This document shows positions 1 through 9,119 of a stretch of DNA of 64,000 bases, piece by piece. Location of the stretch: NCBI GenBank assembly GCA_965217585.1, contig OZ244561.1, positions 6,048,001-6,112,000 on the forward strand, given 5' to 3'. The position numbers and the translations under genes were made by a program. The notes under the pieces were generated by a model. It was not told where the DNA came from and searched no databases. It saw nothing but the letters and a program-made list of their open reading frames with translations. The stretch's first letter is position 1. Each line of letters opens with the position of its first letter. The DNA is from Candidatus Latescibacterota bacterium. GTDB taxonomy: Bacteria > Latescibacterota > UBA2968 > UBA8231.

Positions 1-108
1 GGATACGGTGGGGTGCTCTTCTCCGTCGGCGCTCTGTCGCAGATACTGGGCGGCAGCGGCAGTTGCGTAGCATAGCGCTAGGAGCAGGATTGTGGTCGGG
101 CGTAGCAT
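1..108 (-). CDS. 5' part of a secreted protein running off the window edge
   Basis: ATG at 108 on the minus strand gives MLRPTTILLLALCYATAAAAQYLRQ..., a Sec-type signal peptide with an AAA cleavage site; open to position 1. Confidence 0.6.
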   Translation of the reverse strand, partial: MLRPTTILLLALCYATAAAAQYLRQSADGEEHPTVS

Positions 109-157
109 AGGCTGGCTTTCGGGAAGGCTTACCCAAGCGCTTTAGCCTTGGGAGCGT

Positions 158-2533
158 TCACCAATTGTCAAAGCCGATGGTGTCTTGACTCTCCCCGCCG
201 ATGGGGATGGCTTTCCGACCGACCAAGGCATCTCCCGACGCCAGGGCCCGGTCGAGTTGAATCAGGCCGGCTAGGAGCTGGCCCACATCGTCCACGGCGC
301 AGTAGTAAGGGCGGGCGGGATGGCCGCGGAACAGGCCGTTGTAATAGAGTTTGCTGACGGCTTCTCGGCCCAGTTTTCTGGCGTCGTCGAGATAGATGCT
401 GTCGCCGGTATGGGCGTACAGATGGACGTAAAACGAAATAGCCCTGCCATAATGCCCGGCGAAGGTTCCGTACTTGCTGAACAGCCGGGCATACAATTCG
501 TACCAGGTATCGGTGCGGCAGCCGTTTTGCGGCGGGTTGGCGCGGATGAAATCGGCCCATTTTCTCGCGGTGTCGAGCATGGTTTCATCGCCCGTGACTC
601 CATAGGCATAGGCATAAGTTTGCGCCGCGTAGATGGGGTACTCAGAACCGTACTGATAAGGCTGCCATAAATCGATATAGCCATAGGGGATGTTGCTGCT
701 TCCTTCGAGGCGTTGGTCGAGCAGCGCGGGGCTGCCGTCGCGCAAGTGCAGAGCGCCGTAGAACTTGCCCGTCTGCGGGTCGTAGGCATAGCTGGCGTAG
801 GCCTGCAGATAGGTGAGCGCATAGTCGCGGAATTTCTCTACACCGATCAGTTCATAACTCTTGAGCAAATAATAGCAGTGCAGGCCCACCACTTGATGGC
901 TGCACAGATTGATTTCAGAGGGCTTGTCCGCTTGAGCGCGGTGCTTGGCACTTTGTGCGACCTCTGGGGTGAGGTTGGTCTCCGGGTTGCGGGCCTGCCA
1001 GTGGTAGTCGGCGATCAACTCGGCTCTATCGAGGTAGGTTTGGTCCCCGGTCTTGGCGTAGAGAAAAGCCATGGCATAGATAAACAGCCCGCCGTTCATG
1101 GCAAAGGGGGCACCGCTCTCGCCAAAATTGTGGCGGTCGTGTTCGCCGGTCTGTTTGTCATTGATGTGCCACTCCCAGATGCCCTCTAGTTCCCTGTGGG
1201 TCGCCTCTGGATCGACCTGCCACAAGATCTCCCAATTGGGGTATTTAATGGCGGTTTCGTGGGGCTGTTCATACCCGTAATTCGGCTCCACTTTTTCATC
1301 GGTGAAGACGTCGTAGCAGCGGTGGCCGCCCCACCAGAACATCTCCTTGCTGTCGACAATGCCCATGGCGCAGGATAGGGACTCGGTGGCGAAGTCGGCG
1401 TAGTTGTCGTCGCCCGTGATCTTTGCGAGTTGATACAGCGCCCGGTAGGTCGGCTGGTCTTCATAGAAATCGCTCGAGCGCGGCTTCCAGTACAGGAGGC
1501 GCTTCTCTCCGCGCCACGGCACAACCGGGAACGGCGGGTACTCGACTCTGGTGGGGTCCATGCTGTCGGCGTAGAGCAAGCGCCACGAGGCCGGGACGCG
1601 ATAGGCTTTGTTGTCGTCCATCCAGAAAACCTCTACGCTCGAGACTTCCACCGGCTCGTCGAATTCGCACATCAGCCACTCGCGGGTACTGCTTAGGGCC
1701 ACGCCATTTTCTGCTTCCCCGCCAGTATCCTCATCGGTATCGCGAATGTAGAGCGGCTTTGGCCCGGCGCTCGTGCGCCGTTCCCACATGAAGACGGGAA
1801 TTTGCTCGTCGGCTACCGGGTCCGCGCTGAGCGTTGTCAGATTGTCTTTGAATCGACTCAAGAATGCTTGGCGATCGGCATCCGCGTCCTCGACTCGCGT
1901 GTCGCGACGGGGTAGGGTTTGTTCGGCATAAGTGGCGTTGTGGTGCTCAGAGCCGGCAATCCAGTAGGAGCCGGCTGTTCTGGCGGCCGCGACGGGCTGG
2001 CCATTGACCCTTAGAGCGGCAATGCCCGCTCCGGAGCCGAGTTGCAGGTCTACTTCAATGCACAGGCTGAGCGCTTTTATCTTGGTAAAGTCAACCCGGT
2101 TGATCTCGTTCTTGAACACCTCGTATCCATGGTCTGTCTCGACCGGCTTCCACTCGTATGCCTTGTGGTTGCCCCAGGCCTCGTCGCGCTCGCAATCCGG
2201 GCTTACACTGGCGTACGGAGTGGGGATGGAATGGGGCTTGGCTGGCGCTGTGTGCCGGAAGAAGGTCGGCTTGGCGTACGGCGTTGGGGCCGATAGGGGG
2301 GGATGCTCTGGACAAGTGCGGGTGCGCACGTCGAGGATGGTCACTAGGAGGGGCTGGTGCTTCTCCCCATAGCGATCGGTGCCGTACTCCATGAGCAGAT
2401 CGGCACACTCCTGCACATAGGAAAGGTAGGATCTGCGCTCCACATCGCCGGCGGAAATACCGCTTTCAAGCGGCGCGATGCCCGCCTTCTGGGTATAGAC
2501 GGTTTCCTCTTTGCCTGGGTACGTTCCCTTCAT
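158..2533 (-). CDS. PL2 (pectate lyase family 2)-like alpha/alpha-barrel protein with an inserted discoidin/F5-8-like domain
   Basis: 791 aa ORF; motifs DRYG, RALYQLAKITGD, FWWGGHR, PHE..KYPNWEILWQVDPEAT resemble PL2-family barrels; insert contains EFDEPVEVSSVEVFWMDD..RVPASWRLLY. Confidence 0.65.
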   Translation of the reverse strand: MKGTYPGKEETVYTQKAGIAPLESGISAGDVERRSYLSYVQECADLLMEYGTDRYGEKHQPLLVTILDVRTRTCPEHPPLSAPTPYAKPTFFRHTAPAKPHSIPTPYASVSPDCERDEAWGNHKAYEWKPVETDHGYEVFKNEINRVDFTKIKALSLCIEVDLQLGSGAGIAALRVNGQPVAAARTAGSYWIAGSEHHNATYAEQTLPRRDTRVEDADADRQAFLSRFKDNLTTLSADPVADEQIPVFMWERRTSAGPKPLYIRDTDEDTGGEAENGVALSSTREWLMCEFDEPVEVSSVEVFWMDDNKAYRVPASWRLLYADSMDPTRVEYPPFPVVPWRGEKRLLYWKPRSSDFYEDQPTYRALYQLAKITGDDNYADFATESLSCAMGIVDSKEMFWWGGHRCYDVFTDEKVEPNYGYEQPHETAIKYPNWEILWQVDPEATHRELEGIWEWHINDKQTGEHDRHNFGESGAPFAMNGGLFIYAMAFLYAKTGDQTYLDRAELIADYHWQARNPETNLTPEVAQSAKHRAQADKPSEINLCSHQVVGLHCYYLLKSYELIGVEKFRDYALTYLQAYASYAYDPQTGKFYGALHLRDGSPALLDQRLEGSSNIPYGYIDLWQPYQYGSEYPIYAAQTYAYAYGVTGDETMLDTARKWADFIRANPPQNGCRTDTWYELYARLFSKYGTFAGHYGRAISFYVHLYAHTGDSIYLDDARKLGREAVSKLYYNGLFRGHPARPYYCAVDDVGQLLAGLIQLDRALASGDALVGRKAIPIGGESQDTIGFDNW

Positions 2534-2658
2534 GGGTGGTTTATTCCTTTCCGGCCAGTCGTACCGTTGGAAGTTCTTAACAGTTTACATATTTTCGGCA
2601 GGTAGCCTCAAGGATTATTTTCCCCAATTGACCAATCTTAAACCAATAAAAACACAAC

Positions 2659-4677
2659 TTGTCCGATTCTTCCTCTATAGCCCCAAGCCCTGAAGAAACC
2701 TGCTCGCAGGCTCCACCTGCAGGACATACAAGCGAAGCCCGCCCTCTCATTACGCTGCGCGGCATTGCCCTGGGTGCTCTGACTATCGCCGCCATGTTCT
2801 ATTACATCGCCGAGGTGGGCCAGCGCATGGGGCTGGGCAGTTTTGTGCACTCGCAGTATCCCATGGCCGCGTTTATCCCCTTCGTACTATGGCTCTTCCT
2901 CAACCTCGTCCTCAAGCGGCTGTGGCCGCGTCTGGCTCTACACCGCGGCGAGTTGCTCACCATCTTCGCCATGACCTGGGTAGTGGGCACTATCCCGCAG
3001 TTGGGGTGGGCTACCTACTGGACCACCTCTATGGCCCTGCCGGCTTACTATGCCCGCCCCGAAAATCAGTACGCTGAGATCCTCTTTGACCTGCTTCCCT
3101 GGCACGTATTTCCCGACCCTGCACCGCGAGTGATCGACACCTTCTGGCACGGCTTGCCCGAGGGGATGCCCTTGCCCTGGGATGGCTGGCTAGGAGCAAT
3201 GGCCCAGTGGCTGGGCGTGTCCATGGCTATGGTGATTTTCGGCTTCTGCCTCTTCCTGATCTTCCAGCGCCAGTGGGTCGAAGCCGAGAAACTCACCTTT
3301 CCTCTGGCGCATATGCCCCTGGACCTGACCCGTGGTTTTGACGGACCGCACCGCATGCCCGATCTCTTTCGCTCGCGCCTTTTCTGGATCGGCTTTGGCG
3401 TGGTCTTTTTGCCCATGCTCTACAATATCGGCACCTATTTTGGGCCGGGTTTGCCGACCCTAGATATCTACCGGGGCCGCATCACCATCCCGATCAGCGA
3501 ACATCTTCCCCAGGGCCTCAAGTTGCGCCTCCTGCCGCTGATCCTGACTGTGGTTTATATGTGTCCCCTGGACATCCTCGGCAGCATGCTGGTCTTTTAT
3601 TTTTTGACCATCCCCAAGGAGTGGCTAATATGGCGCTTGGGCATTACCGTGGGTGCCGAGGGTCAGCAGATTGGGCACCCGGAGATCTTCTGGCTGGAGA
3701 GCTATGGCGGTGCGATCTTCCTGGCCCTGTGGTCCTTCTGGCTGGCGCGCCAACACCTGCGACACGTCTGGTTTTTAGTGCGTCGCGGCCGGGGTGACCC
3801 CCGCGAAGTCAACCACTATCGCCTAGCCTTGGCCGGCTTGGTGCTTGCGGGACTCTATGTGATCAACTGGAATATGAGTCTGGGCATGAGTCTGCCGCTG
3901 GCCGTGGGCGCTTTTATGCTGATGGTTCTGGTGCACTTTGTCGCCGTCAAGTTGGTCGCCGCCACCGGCTGCGCTTACCTCTTTCCCATCCACATGGAAG
4001 GGCGTTACTTCATTGTCGATTTGGTCGGCACCACCCACCTTTCAGCGCAAAGTCTGGTGGGCTTCAAAATTTTTGCCAGCACCATCTTCTTTGGCAACCA
4101 CCGCATCCCAGTATGGCCGTCGCTCATCCACATCCTGCGCATCTTCCCTTTGAACCAGCAGCCGCGTCGGGTGCTGGCGTTGGTGCTGATTGCCTTTCCG
4201 GTGGGTTTTCTGACCGCCTCCGGTGCTATGATTCATCTCGGTTACGACGAAGGTGCCGTCAATGTCTTGGCCGGAGGCGGGAGAGCCTTGGATTTCCTCG
4301 CCCATGTCTTCAACAAGGCCATGCACCTGATCCTCAATCCCACCCGGCCGGACGCGGAGAAAATCGGCCTCTGGCTCCTGGGTTTTTGCGAAGCGGCCGG
4401 TATTGCCTTTTTGCGCGCCCGTTTTCACTGGTTTCCGCTCCATCCCATTGGCGTGGTCTTCCAGTACACCTTTGCGACTTGGCTCTATTGGTTCAGCCTC
4501 TTTGTCGTGTGGATCACCAAATTTACCTTGCTGCGTTACGGCGGGGTAAAAGCCTATCTGGCCGGCAAGCCCTTCTTCTACGGTCTGTCCCTGGGCTATG
4601 TGATCGGCGTCGTGCTTTCGGGCGTGGTGGATCTGATCTGGTTCCCCGCAGAAGGCCATTCCGTGCATGGGTGGTGA
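2659..4677 (+). CDS. Polytopic membrane protein, DUF6785/DUF6784-like putative transporter
   Basis: 672 aa with many hydrophobic segments; motifs RQWVEAEKLTFPLA, WFPLHPIG, LLRYGG..Y...KPFFYGL typical of this family. Confidence 0.75.
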   Translation: MSDSSSIAPSPEETCSQAPPAGHTSEARPLITLRGIALGALTIAAMFYYIAEVGQRMGLGSFVHSQYPMAAFIPFVLWLFLNLVLKRLWPRLALHRGELLTIFAMTWVVGTIPQLGWATYWTTSMALPAYYARPENQYAEILFDLLPWHVFPDPAPRVIDTFWHGLPEGMPLPWDGWLGAMAQWLGVSMAMVIFGFCLFLIFQRQWVEAEKLTFPLAHMPLDLTRGFDGPHRMPDLFRSRLFWIGFGVVFLPMLYNIGTYFGPGLPTLDIYRGRITIPISEHLPQGLKLRLLPLILTVVYMCPLDILGSMLVFYFLTIPKEWLIWRLGITVGAEGQQIGHPEIFWLESYGGAIFLALWSFWLARQHLRHVWFLVRRGRGDPREVNHYRLALAGLVLAGLYVINWNMSLGMSLPLAVGAFMLMVLVHFVAVKLVAATGCAYLFPIHMEGRYFIVDLVGTTHLSAQSLVGFKIFASTIFFGNHRIPVWPSLIHILRIFPLNQQPRRVLALVLIAFPVGFLTASGAMIHLGYDEGAVNVLAGGGRALDFLAHVFNKAMHLILNPTRPDAEKIGLWLLGFCEAAGIAFLRARFHWFPLHPIGVVFQYTFATWLYWFSLFVVWITKFTLLRYGGVKAYLAGKPFFYGLSLGYVIGVVLSGVVDLIWFPAEGHSVHGW

Positions 4678-4772
4678 GTGCCGACAAGCTGCTGGCCGCG
4701 ACGGTACAGCCAGAGATGCACTGCGGCAATACCGCGAAGACGGCTATAAGGCCCATCGGCATAGCAGTTCCC

Positions 4773-4819
4773 TTGACAGATAGGTAATAAATGATATTTT
4801 GGAACTAATTATTCCAAAA
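4773..4819 (+). promoter_or_regulatory. Sigma70-like promoter overlapped by an inverted repeat (candidate operator)
   Basis: TTGACA (4773-4778), 16 bp spacer, TATTTT (4795-4800); palindrome TTTTGGAA-N7-TTCCAAAA at 4797-4819, just upstream of ATG 4831. Confidence 0.55.
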
Positions 4820-4830
4820 AAGAAGTAAAA

Positions 4831-5994
4831 ATGGAAATAAAGAGGCGATTTTTCCAGGCATCGGAGACCAGCTTCTTCCTCTTCGGTCCTCGCGGCACAG
4901 GCAAGTCAACCTGGCTTCATGCTCATTTGCAGGACGCCTTGCTCGTGGATCTGCTCGCTCCAGAGACGTATCGGCTCTACGCAGCCCGTCCCGAGCGACT
5001 GCGGGAGTTCATCGCTGGCAATCCCGCCAAGGACACCGTCATCATCGACGAGGTGCAAAAGCTTCCCGAGTTGCTGGACGTGGTCCACCAGCTCATCGAG
5101 CAGCACAGATCGCTCAGGTTCGTCCTTACCGGCTCCAGCGCGAGAAAACTGAAGCGCACCGGGATTGACCTACTGGCCGGCCGAGCCGTGCTCAAGACCA
5201 TGCACCCCTTTATGGCCGCTGAACTGGGGGCTGCCTTTGACCTAGAGGGCGCCCTGCGCTTTGGCCTTGTGCCCTTGGTCGTGGACTCTGCATCTCCCGC
5301 AGAGGTGCTCGGCGCGTATGCCGCTCTTTACCTGCGAGAAGAAGTTCAGATGGAGGGCTTGGTGCGCAATGTCGGCAATTTCTCGCGCTTTTTGGAAGCC
5401 ATCAGCTTTTCTCATGGATCGGTGCTGAGTGTTTCCGCGGTTGCTAGGGAATGCCAAGTCGAGCGGAAAACCGTCGAGGGGTACATCGACATTTTGGAGG
5501 ATTTGTTGTTGTGTTTTCGGGTGCCGGTGTTTGCCAAGCGGGCCAAAAGGCACCTGATCGTCCATCCTAAATTTTACTTCTTTGATGCAGGCGTCTTTAG
5601 ATCGCTGCGGCCGTCCGGACCGCTCGATCGCCCCGAAGAAATACACGGCAGCGCTCTAGAGGGACTGGTGGCTCAGCATCTGCGGGCTTGGAACGCGTAC
5701 GGCGGCGAGCACTACACCCTATTCTTTTGGCGCACTAAGTCTGGGAGAGAAGTCGATTTTGTCCTCTACGGGCCGGAAGGCTTTTGGGCTTTGGAAGTCA
5801 AAAACACCCGCACCATCCGCCCGAGCGACCTCAACAGCCTGCGCGCTTTCAAACAAGACTATCCCGAAGCCGAGGTGTGCTTGCTGTATAGAGGAGAAGA
5901 GCGGATCGAAATACAGGAAATACGCTGCCTGCCCTGCGACGAATTTTTGCAAGGGCTGGTACCGGGCCGACCTTTGCTAGCCCACACCTATTGA
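4831..5994 (+). CDS. AAA_14 ATPase with DUF4143 C-terminal domain
   Basis: Walker A GPRGTGKS, Walker B IIDEVQ, LTGSS, LAGRA, PKFYFFDAG and C-terminal EVDFV...ALEVK (PD-(D/E)xK-like). Confidence 0.9.
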   Translation: MEIKRRFFQASETSFFLFGPRGTGKSTWLHAHLQDALLVDLLAPETYRLYAARPERLREFIAGNPAKDTVIIDEVQKLPELLDVVHQLIEQHRSLRFVLTGSSARKLKRTGIDLLAGRAVLKTMHPFMAAELGAAFDLEGALRFGLVPLVVDSASPAEVLGAYAALYLREEVQMEGLVRNVGNFSRFLEAISFSHGSVLSVSAVARECQVERKTVEGYIDILEDLLLCFRVPVFAKRAKRHLIVHPKFYFFDAGVFRSLRPSGPLDRPEEIHGSALEGLVAQHLRAWNAYGGEHYTLFFWRTKSGREVDFVLYGPEGFWALEVKNTRTIRPSDLNSLRAFKQDYPEAEVCLLYRGEERIEIQEIRCLPCDEFLQGLVPGRPLLAHTY

Positions 5995-6017
5995 CCTTTC
6001 ACACAGGAGTTTGCACG

Positions 6018-6911
6018 ATGACCGGTTCCGCCTACCGCATCGCCCCGCCCGGCTTTACCGACGACGAGTGGGAAACTTTCAACCGCGATGGGATCCTCTT
6101 CTTTGAAGATGCCCTCGATCAGGAGGCGCTCGACGAACTCGCCGCCGCCATTGACCGCGTTTGCCAATCCAGCCCCAAATACCGGGAGGGGCAAACCTTC
6201 GGCTGCCAAAATATCGTCGAGCGCGATCCCGCCTTTGCCGCGCTGATTGACCACCCTCGCCACATCGGCTACGCCTACGACCTTTTTGGCGAATTGCTCA
6301 AGCTGCACCAGAGCCAGTTTTTTATTCGTCCGCCCGGCGGCGAGCGCTACAATATCTGGCATCCCGACGGTGCCCGCGCCGTGCCGTACGGCACCTTCTC
6401 GCCCGATTTGCCGCTGCAAATCAAGATCGGCTTGTGGCTGACCGACCTGCCGCGGGCCAAAATGGGCAATCTAGTGGTCCTGCCCGGCAGCCACCGCAAG
6501 CAATACGTCGATGAGTACGATAGCCACCAGCCGATCTCGGGCGAGCGGGTGGTCTGCCTGCGCAAGGGCACCATGACCTTCATGCACTCGAGCATCTGGC
6601 ATCGCGTCGAGCCCAACGAGAGCGACGTGGTGCGCAAGAATATCTTCTACGCCTACTGCCCAGCTTGGGTCACCCCAGCCGACCGCCTCCAGTCCGATCC
6701 CGCTTGGCTCGCAACACTCAACCGCGAACAGCGCATCATCATGCGTTCCTACACCAACGCTTATCACAACGCCAAACCCCCGGCCTCCGACTTCCCGCTC
6801 TTCCTCGACCGCGAGACCGGCTTAGACCGCGACCCCGACGCCTACCGCGATGAGGTCGCGTTGCATCGCCGCAAGCGTCGCACTTGGGCCGAGCGCAAGC
6901 GATCCGCTTAG
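6018..6911 (+). CDS. Phytanoyl-CoA dioxygenase (PhyH) family Fe(II)/2OG oxygenase
   Basis: WHPD (HxD), GNLVVLPGSH, MHSSIWH, PNESDVVR; SD CAGGAG before ATG 6018. Confidence 0.88.
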   Translation: MTGSAYRIAPPGFTDDEWETFNRDGILFFEDALDQEALDELAAAIDRVCQSSPKYREGQTFGCQNIVERDPAFAALIDHPRHIGYAYDLFGELLKLHQSQFFIRPPGGERYNIWHPDGARAVPYGTFSPDLPLQIKIGLWLTDLPRAKMGNLVVLPGSHRKQYVDEYDSHQPISGERVVCLRKGTMTFMHSSIWHRVEPNESDVVRKNIFYAYCPAWVTPADRLQSDPAWLATLNREQRIIMRSYTNAYHNAKPPASDFPLFLDRETGLDRDPDAYRDEVALHRRKRRTWAERKRSA

Positions 6912-7708
6912 GCTTCGGCCCGCTTTTCAAACAGCCACATCCCGATCCCCATGGCCGCCAGTCCGACGAAGATCGAGTACGCGAGGAACATGAAACTGAG
7001 CTTGATAGACTCCGGGTTTAGTCCTATCGGCTCGTTAGAATCGTAGTCGAACCAGAGCGTTACTTCGTGTGCGCCGGGCAAGTCGAGCACATCGGGAAGG
7101 GTGCTAAAGTAGAAGTACAACACGCCTAAGACGAATGCAGTAGAAGCGAGGCCAGTAAAGCGCCGCACCACCAACTTCAGGCCGGAGGCTCCGCCGGCAA
7201 TGCCCAGCATCACTGCCATCGCCGATAGGTAGAACACTCCGCTGATAACTAGGATGTCCACCGCGATGTCGCTGAACAGGGGGAGCCTATGTAGGTCGTG
7301 CTGGGCTGCGAGCGCATGCAATTCTCCGACAACGGTGATAAAACCGGCGCTGCTCAACGCGAATAAGACGATGCCGAGCGTTGCCACGGCCGCGGCTTTG
7401 GCCGCAAAAATTTGCGTGCGCGATACCGGCAGGGAGAGAAGCAGATAATGGGTCTGTCCTTTTACCTCTTGGGCGAACGAGTGGCTGAGCAAGAAAGGCA
7501 GGATCAGTAAAAACCCATAGGGAACCACGCTCCACAGGAAGTGGGGCGAGAAGTTCTCCCCCTGCATATCGGGCGACCACAGGTCGATGCTGGACCCTAG
7601 CGACCATACCGCAACGATCTCCAGAAAGACCGTCAGCAGCGGCAGCAAGACGAACAGGGTGCGATTGTCTTTTATTTCTTTTATATACAGCGTCTTCCAA
7701 GTATTCAC
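6908..7708 (-). CDS. ABC-2 type transporter permease
   Basis: N-terminal LYIKEIKDNR, E..GQTHYLLLSLPVSRTQIFAAK motif, about 6 TM segments; overlaps the ATPase stop. Confidence 0.85.
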   Translation of the reverse strand: MNTWKTLYIKEIKDNRTLFVLLPLLTVFLEIVAVWSLGSSIDLWSPDMQGENFSPHFLWSVVPYGFLLILPFLLSHSFAQEVKGQTHYLLLSLPVSRTQIFAAKAAAVATLGIVLFALSSAGFITVVGELHALAAQHDLHRLPLFSDIAVDILVISGVFYLSAMAVMLGIAGGASGLKLVVRRFTGLASTAFVLGVLYFYFSTLPDVLDLPGAHEVTLWFDYDSNEPIGLNPESIKLSFMFLAYSIFVGLAAMGIGMWLFEKRAEA

Positions 7709-8394
7709 GCTACCACCTCCTCGAAAATGTCGCTGAGCGACATGCCGCGGTTTTGCCTCAACTCTTCGATGTTGCCGCTGACAGCAATCTCGCCGTGGCG
7801 CAGGAAGGCTACCTCTTCTATCAGCTCTTCCACCTCGCTGACGAGATGAGTCGATAGCAGAATCGTCTGCTCCCCGGCACGAAACTCACTCAGCAAGGTC
7901 TCCAAGATGCGTCGGCGCGACGGCGGGTCGATCCGTCCCAGCGGCTCGTCCATGAGCACTAACTCGCTTGGCCGCGAAAAGGCGGCTACTACTTTTAGCC
8001 GCGCCCGCTGACCCTCGGACAGGGTGCCGATTTTCCGGTGGCTATCAACGTTCATCAGGCCGAGTAGTTCGCGGGATTTGTCCATGTCCCAGCCCGGAAA
8101 GAACTCGGCTAGGAATTCGAGCTGCTCGCTGACGCCCATCCAGTCGTAAAACGGATTGACCTCGGGCAGATACGAAGTGATGCGGCGCGTTTGCACACCG
8201 ACCGGTTGGCCCGAGATACTGGCGCTGCCTTCGCTGGCGTGGGCGACGCCGGCGAGGATTTTGAAGAGCGTGCTCTTGCCGCTCCCATTTTCGCCGAGAA
8301 TGCCCATTACCCGGCCTTTTTCGACGGTTAGGGAGATGCCCCCCAAGGCCGTCACGCCGGCGTATCGCTTCCACAGGTTCCTTACTTCTATCAT
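7705..8394 (-). CDS. ABC transporter ATP-binding protein (YtrB-like)
   Basis: GENGSGKS, LSEGQ signature variant, LVLMDEP, STH switch. Confidence 0.92.
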   Translation of the reverse strand: MIEVRNLWKRYAGVTALGGISLTVEKGRVMGILGENGSGKSTLFKILAGVAHASEGSASISGQPVGVQTRRITSYLPEVNPFYDWMGVSEQLEFLAEFFPGWDMDKSRELLGLMNVDSHRKIGTLSEGQRARLKVVAAFSRPSELVLMDEPLGRIDPPSRRRILETLLSEFRAGEQTILLSTHLVSEVEELIEEVAFLRHGEIAVSGNIEELRQNRGMSLSDIFEEVVA

Positions 8395-8765
8395 AGCTTC
8401 ACCTCCTCTAAGATTTCGCGCAGCAGGTCGTCGATTTGGTCGGGGGAGAGCGCCAAGTCGCGGATCTCGGCGACAATGCGGTCGCGCGCGGTCCCGGCTA
8501 GGGCGCGGCGCTCGCTGTCGATGCGTTTGGCGCTCTTGGTTATCGACGATCCCTCGCCGCGTCGCGTGGTTATGAATCCTTCGCGCTCCAATTCCATATA
8601 GGCTCTGGACATGGTATTGGGATTGACGCCCATCTCCTTGGCCATTTCCCGCACCGACGGCAAAGGGCCTCCGGCCTGATAGACGCCTTGGACGGTGCGC
8701 TTTTTCACCGCCTCGATGATCTGCAAATAGATGGGGCGGGTGGGATCAAAATCGAGCGGCATCAT
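8391..8765 (-). CDS. GntR family transcriptional regulator, YtrA subfamily
   Basis: RPIYLQI...LPSVREMAKEMGVNPNTMSRAYMELEREG, short C-terminal domain; start re-assigned to ATG 8765 after GGAG. Confidence 0.92.
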   Translation of the reverse strand: MMPLDFDPTRPIYLQIIEAVKKRTVQGVYQAGGPLPSVREMAKEMGVNPNTMSRAYMELEREGFITTRRGEGSSITKSAKRIDSERRALAGTARDRIVAEIRDLALSPDQIDDLLREILEEVKL

Positions 8766-8779
8766 TTTTATCTCCGCTA

Positions 8780-9031
8780 TTATTCGGCCGCGAGGCTGTC
8801 GCTGCCGGAGACGGAAAAGGCGACCAAGAAATCGTAGAGCCAAGAGCGCAGGTCGGCTTGTTGCTCGGGGGTAATGGAAATGTCCGCCTCGATGGCCTGT
8901 TGCAATTCGTCGCCGGCCTTGATCTTGATCGTCGGGTGTCTGTCGGTATCGGGTGCGCCTCTAGGGACGGCAGCAGCCGTGCCGACGGTGAACCAAGCGG
9001 CGATTAGGGCGAAAATGGCTACGGGTTTCAT
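8780..9031 (-). CDS. Short or truncated paralog of the secreted protein at 9120-9932
   Basis: SD GAGGAGG, signal peptide, and ITPEQQADLRSWLYDFLVAFSVSGSDSLAA nearly identical to the neighbour; stops where the neighbour continues. Confidence 0.7.
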   Translation of the reverse strand: MKPVAIFALIAAWFTVGTAAAVPRGAPDTDRHPTIKIKAGDELQQAIEADISITPEQQADLRSWLYDFLVAFSVSGSDSLAAE

Positions 9032-9076
9032 GGTGTCCTCCTCGTGTGAATGGTTGGGCGATTCTTGTGGATGGTT

Positions 9077-9104
9077 GTAGGGGCGACCGGCCGGTCGCCC
9101 CTAC
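9077..9104. repeat. GTAG-type REP palindrome
   Basis: Perfect 28-bp palindrome GTAGGGGCGACCGGCCGGTCGCCCCTAC; identical copy at 16371-16398. Confidence 0.85.
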
Positions 9105-9119
9105 GGGGTCAAAATGCGC

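Noticed and set aside
8766-8843. Extended N-terminus of the GntR ORF (also extended starts at 20095, 35839, 44500, 45078, 57955, 59789, 61872)
   Set aside because: Extensions overlap neighbouring genes; downstream starts have SD sequences or translational coupling and match family starts
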